From an uncultured Gammaproteobacteria bacterium (GTDB lineage: Bacteria > Patescibacteriota > Microgenomatia > UBA8517), in assembly GCA_964599625.1 (NCBI GenBank), contig CAZRGC010000001.1:244959-308958 (forward strand): a stretch of 64,000 bases of DNA, written 5' to 3'. The position numbers and the translations under genes were made by a program. The notes beneath the pieces are model-generated. The model was given only the letters and a program-made list of their open reading frames with translations, had not been told where the DNA came from and ran no database searches. Positions 19,191 through 29,264 of this stretch are shown here, piece by piece (positions within the stretch are counted from its first letter, which is position 1; the number at the start of each line of letters is the position of its first letter).

Positions 19191-21428
19191 ATGAAATTGT
19201 CAAAAAATCCCGAAGTTTCTGTAATAATAGTGCATTACGGAGCAACAAAAGAAATTTTTGAGACCTTTAAACATTTGGCGCAAATACACTCCAAAAAGAA
19301 GAATGTGGAATTCTTGCTTGTAGACAATGATGAAAGAAAAACATCAGGAAAGAAAATTGCAAACAAGTATAAATGGGTCAAATATCTTAACCCGGGTAAA
19401 AATCTCGGTTTTGGGGGCGGAAGAAACTATGCGGAAAGATTTGCAAGTGGAAAGTACCTCTTGATGATGGATTCGGACGTCGTTCTTAAGAATAACGATT
19501 TTGTAAAACTTCTGAGTTTCATCAAAAGCAAAAAAGATTCCGGAATTGTTGCTCCCAAACTTGTTAACATTTCTGGCAAATATACTCCAAGTGCAACGTT
19601 GGAACTTACACCGCTCAGAGGGATTTATTACTTATCACTCATAAATAAATATTTTGGCAAAGTCAGATTGATTAAAAATTATCTTTTGTCGGATTGGGAT
19701 AGAAAAGGTGTTAAAAAAGTTGATGTTGCTCAACTTGGAGCCTTTTTTATATCCAGAAAAGATTTTATAAAGTCGGGGAAATTTGACGAGCAAATGTTTT
19801 TGTATTTCGAAGAAAATGATTTGGCCAAAAGAGTTCAAAATATTGGTAAAAAAGTTTATCTTTTGGGTGACACAACAGCAACACATCTTGAGTCCACGGG
19901 AACTCCAAAATCTTCCGATAAAATCCAAAGAGTTTTTCGTAAAAGCAGATTTAGATATTTCTCAAAACACTACGGATATCTGCAGGCCATGTTGGTTGAT
20001 TTTTTTGCCAATATAAACAAAGAATCATTGATTTTTGCTGCAATATTTATATTGGGGGCGTTTCTTAGGTTTTACAAAGTCACGGAGAACTTGGTTTTCA
20101 ACGGAGAAATGGGTTATGACTACCTTACAATCAAAGGGTTTGCTGATCGGGGAGAAATTCCATTAATTGGTCCCAGAACGTCTCATGAGTGGTTTTTTAT
20201 TGGGCCGATTTTTTACTGGATATTTGAATTACTTTTTATTTTTACCAATTATAAGGTGGAGTCTGGCGCATATTTCTTTGCAATTTTAGGGTCGCTTGCT
20301 GTGCCGATTTGTTACAAAGTGGTAAAGCATTTTTTTGGCAGCAGATCGGGTCTTGTTTCCTCATTTTTACTTAGTATTTCGCCGCTTTGGGTCGCACTTG
20401 GGAGAGATGCACGTTTTAATGCTTTTACCGCAATCTTGTTTTTCCCTTTTTACTATCTTTTGGTTAAAAACATTGAGGACAATAAAAATAACTATTTATT
20501 GCTTGGACTCTTGTTGGGTATTATGTTCAGTTTTTTTCCAAGTCCCATTCTTTTGGTACCTGCTGCCTTTGCAGCAATATATTTCTTCAGAAAAAAGTTT
20601 TTGTGGAAGGATGTTGCAACTGCCGCATTTGGGTTTTTGATACCTTTGGCAACTTACATTTATTACAATCTGACTACAGGTTTTGAAATAATTTCTAATT
20701 TGGCAAAATGGATACCGTACAGAATCTTGGGATTTGTCGGTTTGTATCAAAAGAACACGGTTTCCAAGGATATACTTGCATCGAATTTTAACGGTGTTTT
20801 TGATTTTTTTCGGTCTACATTTTTTAGGCAAGAAAACATAGCTGCCTATATATTGTTTTTTGTGGTAGTTGGTTTTTTTGTATATCGGCACAACAATTTA
20901 CGGCTAAAAATATTACTTATGGTTTCGGCGGTTAGTTATTTGGGTTTATTTTTGCATGGGGCCCCACCATCCCATTACTACCTTGTCATTTATCCCGTTC
21001 CTATAATTTTGACCGCAGTATTTTTGGACAGAATTATGGATAAATATATCTACATTGCTATAGCTTTTCTGATTTTTGTTTCCGCCACATCATTGAATTA
21101 TTACTTTTCGGATAAGTGGTTTTTTGTAAATAATAAAAAATCATCTGAAGACCTGACATACATACCATTTACTCTTCAAAAAGAAGTTGCTAGTTATATA
21201 GCAAAAGACTCTATGGGCGCCACGGTTGCCATTAATCGTGTTGGGCCCTTGGACCAATTCCGTGACGATTTCTCACTAAATTATCAATACCTTTTGAATT
21301 TGAAAGGAGTCAATATAAGTAAAGATTCCGATGTCTCCTACACTATTTATGAAGACACAAGATTTTTGGATACAAAAAACCCTGTTCACTGGGTAGGTAA
21401 CATTGCAGTCGTAAAATATGAAAAATAA
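19191..21428 (+). CDS. GT2 glycosyltransferase fused to a GT-C (PMT/ArnT-like) membrane domain
   Basis: NLGFGGGRN, MDSD and FLYFEEND, followed by many TMs. Confidence 0.85.
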   Translation: MKLSKNPEVSVIIVHYGATKEIFETFKHLAQIHSKKKNVEFLLVDNDERKTSGKKIANKYKWVKYLNPGKNLGFGGGRNYAERFASGKYLLMMDSDVVLKNNDFVKLLSFIKSKKDSGIVAPKLVNISGKYTPSATLELTPLRGIYYLSLINKYFGKVRLIKNYLLSDWDRKGVKKVDVAQLGAFFISRKDFIKSGKFDEQMFLYFEENDLAKRVQNIGKKVYLLGDTTATHLESTGTPKSSDKIQRVFRKSRFRYFSKHYGYLQAMLVDFFANINKESLIFAAIFILGAFLRFYKVTENLVFNGEMGYDYLTIKGFADRGEIPLIGPRTSHEWFFIGPIFYWIFELLFIFTNYKVESGAYFFAILGSLAVPICYKVVKHFFGSRSGLVSSFLLSISPLWVALGRDARFNAFTAILFFPFYYLLVKNIEDNKNNYLLLGLLLGIMFSFFPSPILLVPAAFAAIYFFRKKFLWKDVATAAFGFLIPLATYIYYNLTTGFEIISNLAKWIPYRILGFVGLYQKNTVSKDILASNFNGVFDFFRSTFFRQENIAAYILFFVVVGFFVYRHNNLRLKILLMVSAVSYLGLFLHGAPPSHYYLVIYPVPIILTAVFLDRIMDKYIYIAIAFLIFVSATSLNYYFSDKWFFVNNKKSSEDLTYIPFTLQKEVASYIAKDSMGATVAINRVGPLDQFRDDFSLNYQYLLNLKGVNISKDSDVSYTIYEDTRFLDTKNPVHWVGNIAVVKYEK

Positions 21429-21996
21429 TTTGGAGATAATAACTCTTAAAAAAAACAACATTAAAAACTTTGCCAAAGAACGCAATATTCTTCTAAGAAA
21501 TTCAAAATCGGATTGGGTTTTTTTCAAAGATTCCGACGAGGTGATAAGTAAAAAACTTCTTAAAGAAATAAAGTCAGCAACCAGAAATGACAAAGTTAAC
21601 GGTTACTATGTTTTTAGGAAAAATTTTTTGTTTGGAAAGTATGCCGGAACTGACAAGATTTTACGCTTGGGTAGAAAGGAAAGAGGAAAATGGGTGCGGG
21701 CTGTCCACGAAGTTTGGATAGTAAGCGGAAACAAAGGAGAATTAAAAAACTTTCTGGTTCATCGCGACAACTCTTCTGTTTCGGACTTGGTCAAAAAAAT
21801 CAACAATTATTCCGATATTCACGCTTTGGAGAACAGAAAGGAAGGTAAAAGATCCGATCTTGTTAAGATAATATTTTTTCCCATTTTCAAATTTATTCAA
21901 AGTATATTCGAGGGCAGAAGTGTTGCAATGAGCGTGTTACAATCATTTCACTCGCTTTTGTCATGGTTAAAGTTATGGGAATTACAAAAAGACTAA
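21418..21996 (+). CDS. Short GT2-like (beta-glucosyltransferase-like) protein
   Basis: FAKERN, DWVFFKDSDE, VHE; lacks the usual N-terminal strands. Confidence 0.75.
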   Translation: MKNNLEIITLKKNNIKNFAKERNILLRNSKSDWVFFKDSDEVISKKLLKEIKSATRNDKVNGYYVFRKNFLFGKYAGTDKILRLGRKERGKWVRAVHEVWIVSGNKGELKNFLVHRDNSSVSDLVKKINNYSDIHALENRKEGKRSDLVKIIFFPIFKFIQSIFEGRSVAMSVLQSFHSLLSWLKLWELQKD

Positions 21997-23108
21997 CACT
22001 CCAAAATATATTCATTTTTTTGTTCTTTGCGATTTTTCCTTTTGGCCAAATAATACGAGTTGGTGTTCTTCATCCATTGGACACTGTTGCGTTCATTGGT
22101 GGATTTATCGCTTTGGCTCTAAATTACAAAAAGCCAGCCCTTTTTAAGTTTCTGGAAAATTTTCTTGTGGTGCTTTTTTTTGGGTGGATATTCTCATTTT
22201 TTATTTTTGAGTCAACGGAAATATTGTACGGTTTTCTTTATTTGCTTCGACTGGCCGCCTATTTTTACTTCTTTTTGTACATTTACAACTTTGTAAAAAA
22301 GTCCGATAAAAACAAACAGCTTGTTTTAAATTCTTTACTTTTAATATCTGTTGTATCGGCATTTTTTGGGTGGATTCAATTTTTTTGGGTTCCGGATATT
22401 AAGCCGTTTTTTACGTACGGCTGGGACGAACATTTGTTTAGACTTGTTGGCACTTTTTTGGACCCCACATATTTGGGTCTAATAATAGTTTTTGGGTTGT
22501 TGCTTGCTATAGATAAAAAAATAAAAACACTATTTATTTTCCTTTTTGTATCATTAGCGTTTACTTATTCACGCGCTTCTTACTTGGCTTTTTTGGCAGG
22601 GGCGGGTTATTTGGCTTTTGCATCCGGGAAACTTGGCAGATGGGTTTTGATACTCGCAAGTTTGATTATTATTGTTTTGGCATTGCCCACATCCAAAAAT
22701 CACAGTATCGAAATCACCAGAATGTTTTCTGTTGTTGCACGTGTGGAGAATTACAAAACAACCCTTGGAATATTTAAAGAATCCCCGATTTTTGGTGTAG
22801 GCTTTAACAACCTTTGTCTTGCATATAACAGATTTGTCGGTTACCAGTCAGTTTCCTCGCACGCATGCTCGGGTTCAGACTCAAGTATTTTGTTTTTGCT
22901 GGCAACTGGAGGAATTGCGGGTTTGTTTTCGTTTCTCCTGATTGCAAGAGTTACCTGGAGGTTTACAAAAAGCAAGGTTTTTAGGTCTGTGCTTGTGGCA
23001 CTTATTGTTCACTCGTTATTTTCCAACTCTTTGTTTTATCCCTGGATATTATCTTTTGTGTTGGTGCTTCTGGCTATGTTTTTAGGTGACGAAATGAAGG
23101 GTGAGTGA
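21963..23108 (+). CDS. O-antigen ligase/Wzy-like membrane protein
   Basis: RLVGTFLDP, FTYSRAS, PIFGVGFN. Confidence 0.85.
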   Translation: MVKVMGITKRLTLQNIFIFLFFAIFPFGQIIRVGVLHPLDTVAFIGGFIALALNYKKPALFKFLENFLVVLFFGWIFSFFIFESTEILYGFLYLLRLAAYFYFFLYIYNFVKKSDKNKQLVLNSLLLISVVSAFFGWIQFFWVPDIKPFFTYGWDEHLFRLVGTFLDPTYLGLIIVFGLLLAIDKKIKTLFIFLFVSLAFTYSRASYLAFLAGAGYLAFASGKLGRWVLILASLIIIVLALPTSKNHSIEITRMFSVVARVENYKTTLGIFKESPIFGVGFNNLCLAYNRFVGYQSVSSHACSGSDSSILFLLATGGIAGLFSFLLIARVTWRFTKSKVFRSVLVALIVHSLFSNSLFYPWILSFVLVLLAMFLGDEMKGE

Positions 23109-23798
23109 GGTGTTGGTTTCGTTGCCGGCTTTGTCTTTGGCTTTTACGTCAAACTTATTTTCACCTTCGTTTAGAGTGGTTGTAAACTGAAACTTTCCTT
23201 CCTCGTCGACAGAAACAAATCGTTCATTAATTGTTATTTCCACTTCTGCCTCGGCTTTTCCTTGGATTGTCACCTGTCTTTGTTTGGAGCCAATATACTG
23301 GGCACCATCTAGTGGGGTTTCTATAGTGAGAGTTGGAGGTTTGTTGTCATAAAAAACTTTCCCGCTTGTGGAGTCTTGGCTGATGTTTCCTGCAGTGTCT
23401 ACAGCGGTTGCAGAAAAGGAATTCTCTCCGTCTGCCAGATCTAACGAAAAACTAAAATGCCCGTCTTTGTTTGCCAAAACTTCCTGCGCTACACCATTAA
23501 ATTCAAGTTTGATGGTTGCGCCTGCCTCGGAGTTACCTGAAAGGTCCAGTCTTTGGTTATTTGTGTTGTCGGGGTATGTATTAAATTTTGGAGGAGCCGG
23601 TGGGGTTTTGTCGTTTTGAGATATTGCTTTTCCGCTTTTTCCAAGGTCTGAAACAATTGTTGCAAACCTGCCCAATATTGGGCTACCGAAGAAAAATATC
23701 AAAGCAAGTGTTGCAATTGATACCAAAACAAGCGTGATTGCTTTTTTAATGTTGTTTTTTTCTTCTACTGCTTCACGTCTGGAATATAGTCGTCCCAT
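23082..23798 (-). CDS. Membrane-anchored tandem bacterial Ig-like domain protein
   Basis: Two Ig repeats ending GENxF...DxAGN. Confidence 0.85.
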   Translation of the reverse strand: MGRLYSRREAVEEKNNIKKAITLVLVSIATLALIFFFGSPILGRFATIVSDLGKSGKAISQNDKTPPAPPKFNTYPDNTNNQRLDLSGNSEAGATIKLEFNGVAQEVLANKDGHFSFSLDLADGENSFSATAVDTAGNISQDSTSGKVFYDNKPPTLTIETPLDGAQYIGSKQRQVTIQGKAEAEVEITINERFVSVDEEGKFQFTTTLNEGENKFDVKAKDKAGNETNTSLTLHFVT

Positions 23799-23819
23799 TT
23801 GTTAGCCCAGTATACCAAA

Positions 23820-24029
23820 TTATGCAAAAAACGGATCAGGGTGATCTGTGCCGCCCATTTTTTCTATTTTATCTATATCTTCCAGTGTTAGGTTTTTGCC
23901 CTCTCTCAACCTTTTTACGCCAATTCTTATGGTTGGCGAAATTTGTTTATCGGGATCGTCAACATCAAAGCCTTTGGCATAGGCTTCTTGTATTGTTGAG
24001 AGTAATATTTCGGATAGTCTTCTTTCCAT
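23820..24029 (-). CDS. Small hypothetical protein
   Basis: 69-aa ORF immediately after tRNA-Thr on the same strand. Confidence 0.55.
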   Translation of the reverse strand: MERRLSEILLSTIQEAYAKGFDVDDPDKQISPTIRIGVKRLREGKNLTLEDIDKIEKMGGTDHPDPFFA

Positions 24030-24033
24030 TTTG

Positions 24034-24104
24034 AGCCGATGGGGGGAATCGAACCCTCGTCCGCGGTTTACGATACCGCTGCTTTACCACTAAGCTACAT
24101 CGGC
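24034..24104 (-). tRNA. tRNA-Thr(CGT)
   Basis: GCCGATG/CATCGGC acceptor stem, GCGGT-ATCGTAA-ACCGC anticodon arm, GGTTCGATTCC. Confidence 0.93.
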
Positions 24105-24275
24105 TTGTGAAGCCTCTTTCGCTCGGCTTCGCCTAAAGCTACATCGGCGCGTCGAAAATAGCTTCGTTTTCTGCAAAAAAATGATTTTTTGCATCATTAC
24201 TGCGCTTTTTCTCCTTTCAAAATCGTACCGATTTTGTTCCGAATTATAACACGCGGAGAGTGTGATGAATTAAAA

Positions 24276-24995
24276 TTAATACCCTGTAAATTTCTCTGTT
24301 CTAATCTTATCGTCTGAGATTTTCATCTTTTCCATGGTTTCTTCCATTGCGTCAACAAGCCCTGGAGGTCCGCAAAGCCAGTATGTGGGATTGTGTATAT
24401 TTCCGGCGGCTTTTCTTAGTAATTTTTCGTCAATCCTACCCGTTAATCCGTTCCATTTTCTTTTGCTCTCTTCGGGGTGGGAGACCGTAACAAACAGCTT
24501 TAAATTTTTCCACTGCTTTTCCCAGGTGGCTAGTTCGTCAAGAAAGGCGGTTTCTTCCGGGGTTGAATTTGAATACACCAAAGCAATTTTTGTGTCCAGA
24601 TTTTTATCGATTGCGTATTTGATCATGCTTCTGAATGGAGTTACGCCAATTCCTCCGGCAATAAATATGTGGTTTCCTGATTCTTTTTCGTCAAGGACAA
24701 AAGTGCCGCTTGGCCCCTCTGCATCAATGATTGTTCCAACCGGTAGAGTGTCTAAGGTTTGTTTGTACCCTGATTCTTCCCGTATTCGGGTAGTGACTCT
24801 TAAAATATTACCTTCCGTGGGTGAGGTGGATGTAGTAAAGTGTCTGGTGGCACCTCTTGGGTCGGGGAACTTGAGTTCTGGGAGAGTAAAGTAAAAATAT
24901 TGACCGGGAATCCAATCCAACTTCCTGTCTGGCTCCCAAAAAAATGATTTGGTTCCTTTTGCTTCTTCCGTGACTTTAATAAGCTTTAACTTCAT
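24276..24995 (-). CDS. Ferredoxin-NADP reductase-like FAD/NAD oxidoreductase
   Basis: RHFTTSTSP, IAGGIGVTPFRSM, WLCGPP, EKFTGY. Confidence 0.92.
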   Translation of the reverse strand: MKLKLIKVTEEAKGTKSFFWEPDRKLDWIPGQYFYFTLPELKFPDPRGATRHFTTSTSPTEGNILRVTTRIREESGYKQTLDTLPVGTIIDAEGPSGTFVLDEKESGNHIFIAGGIGVTPFRSMIKYAIDKNLDTKIALVYSNSTPEETAFLDELATWEKQWKNLKLFVTVSHPEESKRKWNGLTGRIDEKLLRKAAGNIHNPTYWLCGPPGLVDAMEETMEKMKISDDKIRTEKFTGY

Positions 24996-25009
24996 GTCTA
25001 CATTATACC

Positions 25010-25147
25010 CTAACGTTTTGGTTTGTCTTTGATGCCAAGTTGGTTCATGCGGTTTATCGCATCCGCTCTTTTTTTGTATGGACCTCCCAAATGAATTTTG
25101 GAGTGACTGCCTATTATGTAATAACCCTCTTTTCTTTTTATTATCAC
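25010..25147 (-). CDS. 45-aa basic small protein (not in the ORF track)
   Basis: GTG...TAG translating to MIIKRKEGYYIIGSHSKIHLGGPYKKRADAINRMNQLGIKDKPKR; fills the gap between co-oriented genes. Confidence 0.65.
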   Translation of the reverse strand: MIIKRKEGYYIIGSHSKIHLGGPYKKRADAINRMNQLGIKDKPKR

Positions 25148-25159
25148 AATTAAAGTATA

Positions 25160-26434
25160 TCAGTCCAATATTTTGTTTTTTATAAAGAAAACAAAACCGT
25201 TATCCGTAACTGTTTTTATTGCGTCAACGGGAGATGTAAATTGCCCGACAACAAAATTTTTCATTGTCAGATTTTCATTTTTGATGAGATTTTTGCTGTC
25301 GTAATAAAAATGAAAAAGTGTAAGCATGTTCCATGCAAAAAGAAGCGAAAAAGTAACATATATAATATTTTTCCTGTAATTTTTCATAATTTCGGAAATT
25401 CCAAAAATAAAAAACGGCGACGCAGAGATTGCAAATCTTTGACCGTACCCCGCCGAGGTGTTGGCAGACCAAAAAGAACAAATCAAAAACAGGATTGAGA
25501 CAGTAAGTATAAAGATATATTTTTTGGTTTTGATAAGTCCCAAAAGACCCAATAAATAAACAGGTGTCCACACAAAAAGACCCCTTTTTGGTGAAAGGAA
25601 AAACTCAAAAATCTGTTCGAATGTAAAATTAAAAGTGCCGGAAGCTCCAGTTATGTAAGGAGAGGTAAACACACCCCCGTACATTAAGTAGTAACTTGCA
25701 AAAAGAGGTGCCGAAAAAATGATAAATCCGACAGGAAGCATGACTGCATGGTCCCATTTTGGCTTTACTTTTGTTAAATTAATCAAGGCTGGAATTGCAA
25801 GGACGACATCTGCCACTCTGGTTATCATTAATAACCCGGTCAGTCCTCCCATAAGAAAAAAGTTAAGAAATTTATCCTTTAACTTGTGAGATGCAAAAAG
25901 AAGCAATGACACAATAAAAAAAGCAGGTTGGTGAGAAAGTGCCGGCTCAAAAGAAGAATAATAAAAAAGGTTTGAGCAAACAAAAAACAGTAAAACTGCA
26001 AAAACGGAGGTTGTTTTATCGTAAAAATTCTCCAGATATTTTTGAGTGAAATAAATTCCGCCGATTGCGAACAGAATTCCTGTTATTCCCGGACCTATTT
26101 CCAAAAGCAAACTAAATTTATCTTGGACAAAAGTATAAATTATTGCCAACGAAGGTATCCAAAAAAGCCCTGTTCCAATTGGGAACGGGTTTTTGTATAT
26201 CCCCAACGGGCCCAGTGATGCATTCCAAAAGACTCTGCTAAAAACATATTTGGGGCCTTGGAAATTTTCCAGATGGTTGAATATCGGACCAAAGTTTAGG
26301 CTTTTTTCAAAGAAAATAGCGTTTGTGTAACTGTAATATCCGTTCCCGTCACCATAAATACCATGACCAGAAACTACAAAGTGGATTATGTAGATTATGA
26401 AGCAGGTGATAAAAATGAAAAAATATTTTTTCAA
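25160..26434 (-). CDS. GT-C-like polytopic membrane glycosyltransferase
   Basis: GDGNGYYSY loop after TM1, many TMs, GLFVWTP, GYGQRF. Confidence 0.75.
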   Translation of the reverse strand: MKKYFFIFITCFIIYIIHFVVSGHGIYGDGNGYYSYTNAIFFEKSLNFGPIFNHLENFQGPKYVFSRVFWNASLGPLGIYKNPFPIGTGLFWIPSLAIIYTFVQDKFSLLLEIGPGITGILFAIGGIYFTQKYLENFYDKTTSVFAVLLFFVCSNLFYYSSFEPALSHQPAFFIVSLLLFASHKLKDKFLNFFLMGGLTGLLMITRVADVVLAIPALINLTKVKPKWDHAVMLPVGFIIFSAPLFASYYLMYGGVFTSPYITGASGTFNFTFEQIFEFFLSPKRGLFVWTPVYLLGLLGLIKTKKYIFILTVSILFLICSFWSANTSAGYGQRFAISASPFFIFGISEIMKNYRKNIIYVTFSLLFAWNMLTLFHFYYDSKNLIKNENLTMKNFVVGQFTSPVDAIKTVTDNGFVFFIKNKILD

Positions 26435-26781
26435 GATTTAGACTGCTTACTTTCTTTTTGGATCAAGTTCCAATGATATTTATATAAAGGAATACCCACA
26501 AGGAGCATAGAAAGTGCGGTTGAAGCTTGTCTTTGGCGCTGTCTTTGGGTTTCTGTTTCCTGCATTCTTTTTTGTTCGGCAATTTCTTCGTCTGTTAGTT
26601 TTACTTCTTTTCCTTCGGGAGTGAATTTTGTTGGAACAGAATAATTTTCGTACCTGTCTGCACCTTTGAACAAATAAACTTTGATTCCCAAATCCACAAG
26701 TTGAATTGATCCAATTACCCCAACCAAAAGTCCAATAAAAGAAAAAAGATACAGGTATAAAAGTCTAATGGAGAATTTCAT
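26431..26781 (-). CDS. 2-TM hypothetical protein
   Basis: MKFSIRLLYLYLFSFIGL...LLVGIPLYKYHW; start re-called to avoid overlap with dus. Confidence 0.75.
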   Translation of the reverse strand: MKFSIRLLYLYLFSFIGLLVGVIGSIQLVDLGIKVYLFKGADRYENYSVPTKFTPEGKEVKLTDEEIAEQKRMQETETQRQRQRQASTALSMLLVGIPLYKYHWNLIQKESKQSKS

Positions 26782-26818
26782 GAATTTAGTATAACAAAAA
26801 TTGTATAATTTGTGGATT

Positions 26819-27787
26819 ATGTCGAATTTTTGGCAAAAATTAAGTAAGCCATTTACAGTTTTGGCGCCCATGGACGACGTTACCGATAACGTTTTTAGGC
26901 AAGTTGTACTTTCTTCTGCCCGCCCGGACGTCTTTTTTACAGAATTTACAAGCGCCGATGGGCTTGTTTTCAATAGCCATGGTGTACCCAGAAGAAAACT
27001 GACTTTTACCCAAAATCAAAGACCGATTGTAGCTCAGATTTGGGGAAATAACCCCGAAAATATGGAAAAAGCCGCCAAAATTGTAAAGGAGTTGGATTTT
27101 GACGGGATAGATATAAATATGGGTTGCCCGGTGCGTGAAGTCGTACGCGCAAAAGCAGGAGCAGGCCTCATTGGAGAGTATGATTCGGTGGGTAAAATTA
27201 TTGACGCGGTCAAAAAAGGGGCCAAGGGTCTACCTGTGTCTGTAAAAACCAGGTTAGGAATAAATCAAAACATAGCGGAGGAATGGGCAACTTTTTTGCT
27301 GCGACAAGAAATTACTGCCTTGACAATACATGGCCGTACTGCAAAGCAAATGTCCAAAGGCAGTGCAGATTGGGATGAAATTGGCAAAATTGTGAAAATT
27401 AAAAATCAAATTTCACCCGAAACTTTGGTTATCGGCAATGGTGATATCAAAAATTACTCAGAAGTGAAAATGGCGCGTGAAAATTATGATGTAGATGGAG
27501 TCATGGTGGGTCGTGGAATTTTTGATAACCCATGGGTTTTTGACAAAACAGATAGGACAAGAACCACAAAAGAGTATTTTGATTTAATGGAAATGCATAT
27601 TAACCTGTTCCAAAAAACATGGGGAGATTCTAAAAACTTTGCCATACTCAAAAAATTTTTTAAGATCTATATCAAAGATTTTCGTGGTGCGGCTGAGCTA
27701 AGACAGGAATTTATGGAAAGTAAAAGCAAGGAGGAAGTCTCTGTGTTAATGGAAAAATTTAGAGCTACCGCGATTTCAGGGACATAG
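26819..27787 (+). CDS. dus: tRNA-dihydrouridine synthase
   Basis: LAPMDDVTD, DINMGCP, SVKTRLG, HGRT, GNGDI. Confidence 0.95.
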   Translation: MSNFWQKLSKPFTVLAPMDDVTDNVFRQVVLSSARPDVFFTEFTSADGLVFNSHGVPRRKLTFTQNQRPIVAQIWGNNPENMEKAAKIVKELDFDGIDINMGCPVREVVRAKAGAGLIGEYDSVGKIIDAVKKGAKGLPVSVKTRLGINQNIAEEWATFLLRQEITALTIHGRTAKQMSKGSADWDEIGKIVKIKNQISPETLVIGNGDIKNYSEVKMARENYDVDGVMVGRGIFDNPWVFDKTDRTRTTKEYFDLMEMHINLFQKTWGDSKNFAILKKFFKIYIKDFRGAAELRQEFMESKSKEEVSVLMEKFRATAISGT

Positions 27788-27815
27788 TCCGAAGAAGTCG
27801 CGGTAGCTTTTTGGG

Positions 27816-28067
27816 CTACTTGGTTTTGTAAAGCAGGAAGCCGAGTACGCCGATGGTGATAACATCCAGCCAGACAAAGCTGCCCGCGGCAATATGGTAC
27901 GAACCGCCGTTGACTAGCGCGCCGATGACTCCAATGGTCAGGCCCCCACAGATGCTGAGAACCAACAGAACTCCCAGGGGAATTAACCCGTGCCACCAAG
28001 GTCGGCCTGTGTCGCGATACCGCATACAGAGCCAGATGGTGAGTCCAACCTCGAGTAAAAACAACAT
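27816..28067 (-). CDS. Small multi-TM hypothetical protein
   Basis: AGGAG SD before ATG 28067; GCAC leader motif; hairpin terminator shared with dus. Confidence 0.7.
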   Translation of the reverse strand: MLFLLEVGLTIWLCMRYRDTGRPWWHGLIPLGVLLVLSICGGLTIGVIGALVNGGSYHIAAGSFVWLDVITIGVLGFLLYKTK

Positions 28068-28166
28068 TCTACACACTCCTAGGGTGATTTTGACGTGCTG
28101 TCTTTTGCAAAGACAGGAAATTCTACCACAAAGTAGCATGTTGTCCGTGTTAGAATTGGGAAAATT

Positions 28167-29264
28167 ATGAAAAACACAATTCAGTGCCCATTTTGTAATA
28201 AAGAGTTTGAAGCCACTGATGCCCTTAAACATCAAATTGAGGAGCAGCTCAAAGAGTCATTGGATGTAAAACACAAACTGGATCTGGAACAGGCAAAAAA
28301 ACAGGCAGCAAGTGAAGCTTCTGCAAATATCACAAAAGATTTGGAAGCCGAACGCGAACGCTCAAAAAAGTTAACTTCGCAAATAGATGAACTTTTGGGA
28401 GAAGTGAGAAAACTAAGGGAAAAAGATGAAGAACGCGAGATAGAAATGAAAAAGCGATTATTGGAGGAGGAGGAAAAAATCAAAAAAGATGTCAGGCAGA
28501 AGTCCGAGGATGAGCACAAGCTTAAGGATTTGGAAAAAGACAAAAAACTTCAGGATGCTTTGGACCAAATAGAATCCTTAAAGACAAAAATCCAACAAGG
28601 CTCACAGCAAACTCAAGGTGAAACTTTGGAATTGGAAATGGAAACAAAATTGAGGTCCGAATTCCCAACTGATGTTATTACGGAGGTTAAAAAGGGTCAA
28701 AGGGGAGCGGACATCTCACAGGAGGTCATTGACAGAAACGGCAGAAACTGTGGAAAGATTTTGTGGGAAAGTAAAAATGCCCAGTGGAGCGAAGGTTGGC
28801 TGGACAAACTTAAGGAAGACCAGAGACAAGCAAAAGCAGACATTTCTGTGCTTGTAAGTGTCAACTTGCCCGAAGGAGTAGAAAGCTTTGTGTACAAAAA
28901 CGGCGTTTGGATTTGCGGTGTCAAATATTTTGTTGGTTTGGCTTTTGCTTTGCGATACAACTTGGTTAGTTTGCATAATGAGCGGATTTCAAGCGAAGGT
29001 AAGGATGAAAAAATGAAGATTTTATACTCATACCTTACCGGTTCTGAGTTTCGCAATAGGGTATCGGGAATTGTAGACGCATTTAGTAACCTGCAGGAAG
29101 AGTTGGAAAAAGAAAAACGGTATTTTAATGTTAAATGGGCAAAACAAGAAAAAGAAATCAGAAAAGTAATTGACCATACACACGGGATGTACGGCGACCT
29201 TCAGGCAGTAATTGGCAAGAGTTTACCCGAAATCAAGACCATGGAACTTGAGGGAGGTGACTAA
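28167..29264 (+). CDS. DUF2130-type coiled-coil protein with a C-terminal PD-(D/E)xK-like domain
   Basis: CPFC, coiled coil, QQGSQQTQGE, GAD...ILWESK. Confidence 0.85.
   Translation: MKNTIQCPFCNKEFEATDALKHQIEEQLKESLDVKHKLDLEQAKKQAASEASANITKDLEAERERSKKLTSQIDELLGEVRKLREKDEEREIEMKKRLLEEEEKIKKDVRQKSEDEHKLKDLEKDKKLQDALDQIESLKTKIQQGSQQTQGETLELEMETKLRSEFPTDVITEVKKGQRGADISQEVIDRNGRNCGKILWESKNAQWSEGWLDKLKEDQRQAKADISVLVSVNLPEGVESFVYKNGVWICGVKYFVGLAFALRYNLVSLHNERISSEGKDEKMKILYSYLTGSEFRNRVSGIVDAFSNLQEELEKEKRYFNVKWAKQEKEIRKVIDHTHGMYGDLQAVIGKSLPEIKTMELEGGD

Noticed and set aside
21418-21996. GT2 pseudogene
   Set aside because: Short at the N-terminus, but the frame is intact, it overlaps both neighbours and keeps the DxD motif; no frameshifted remnant was seen upstream.
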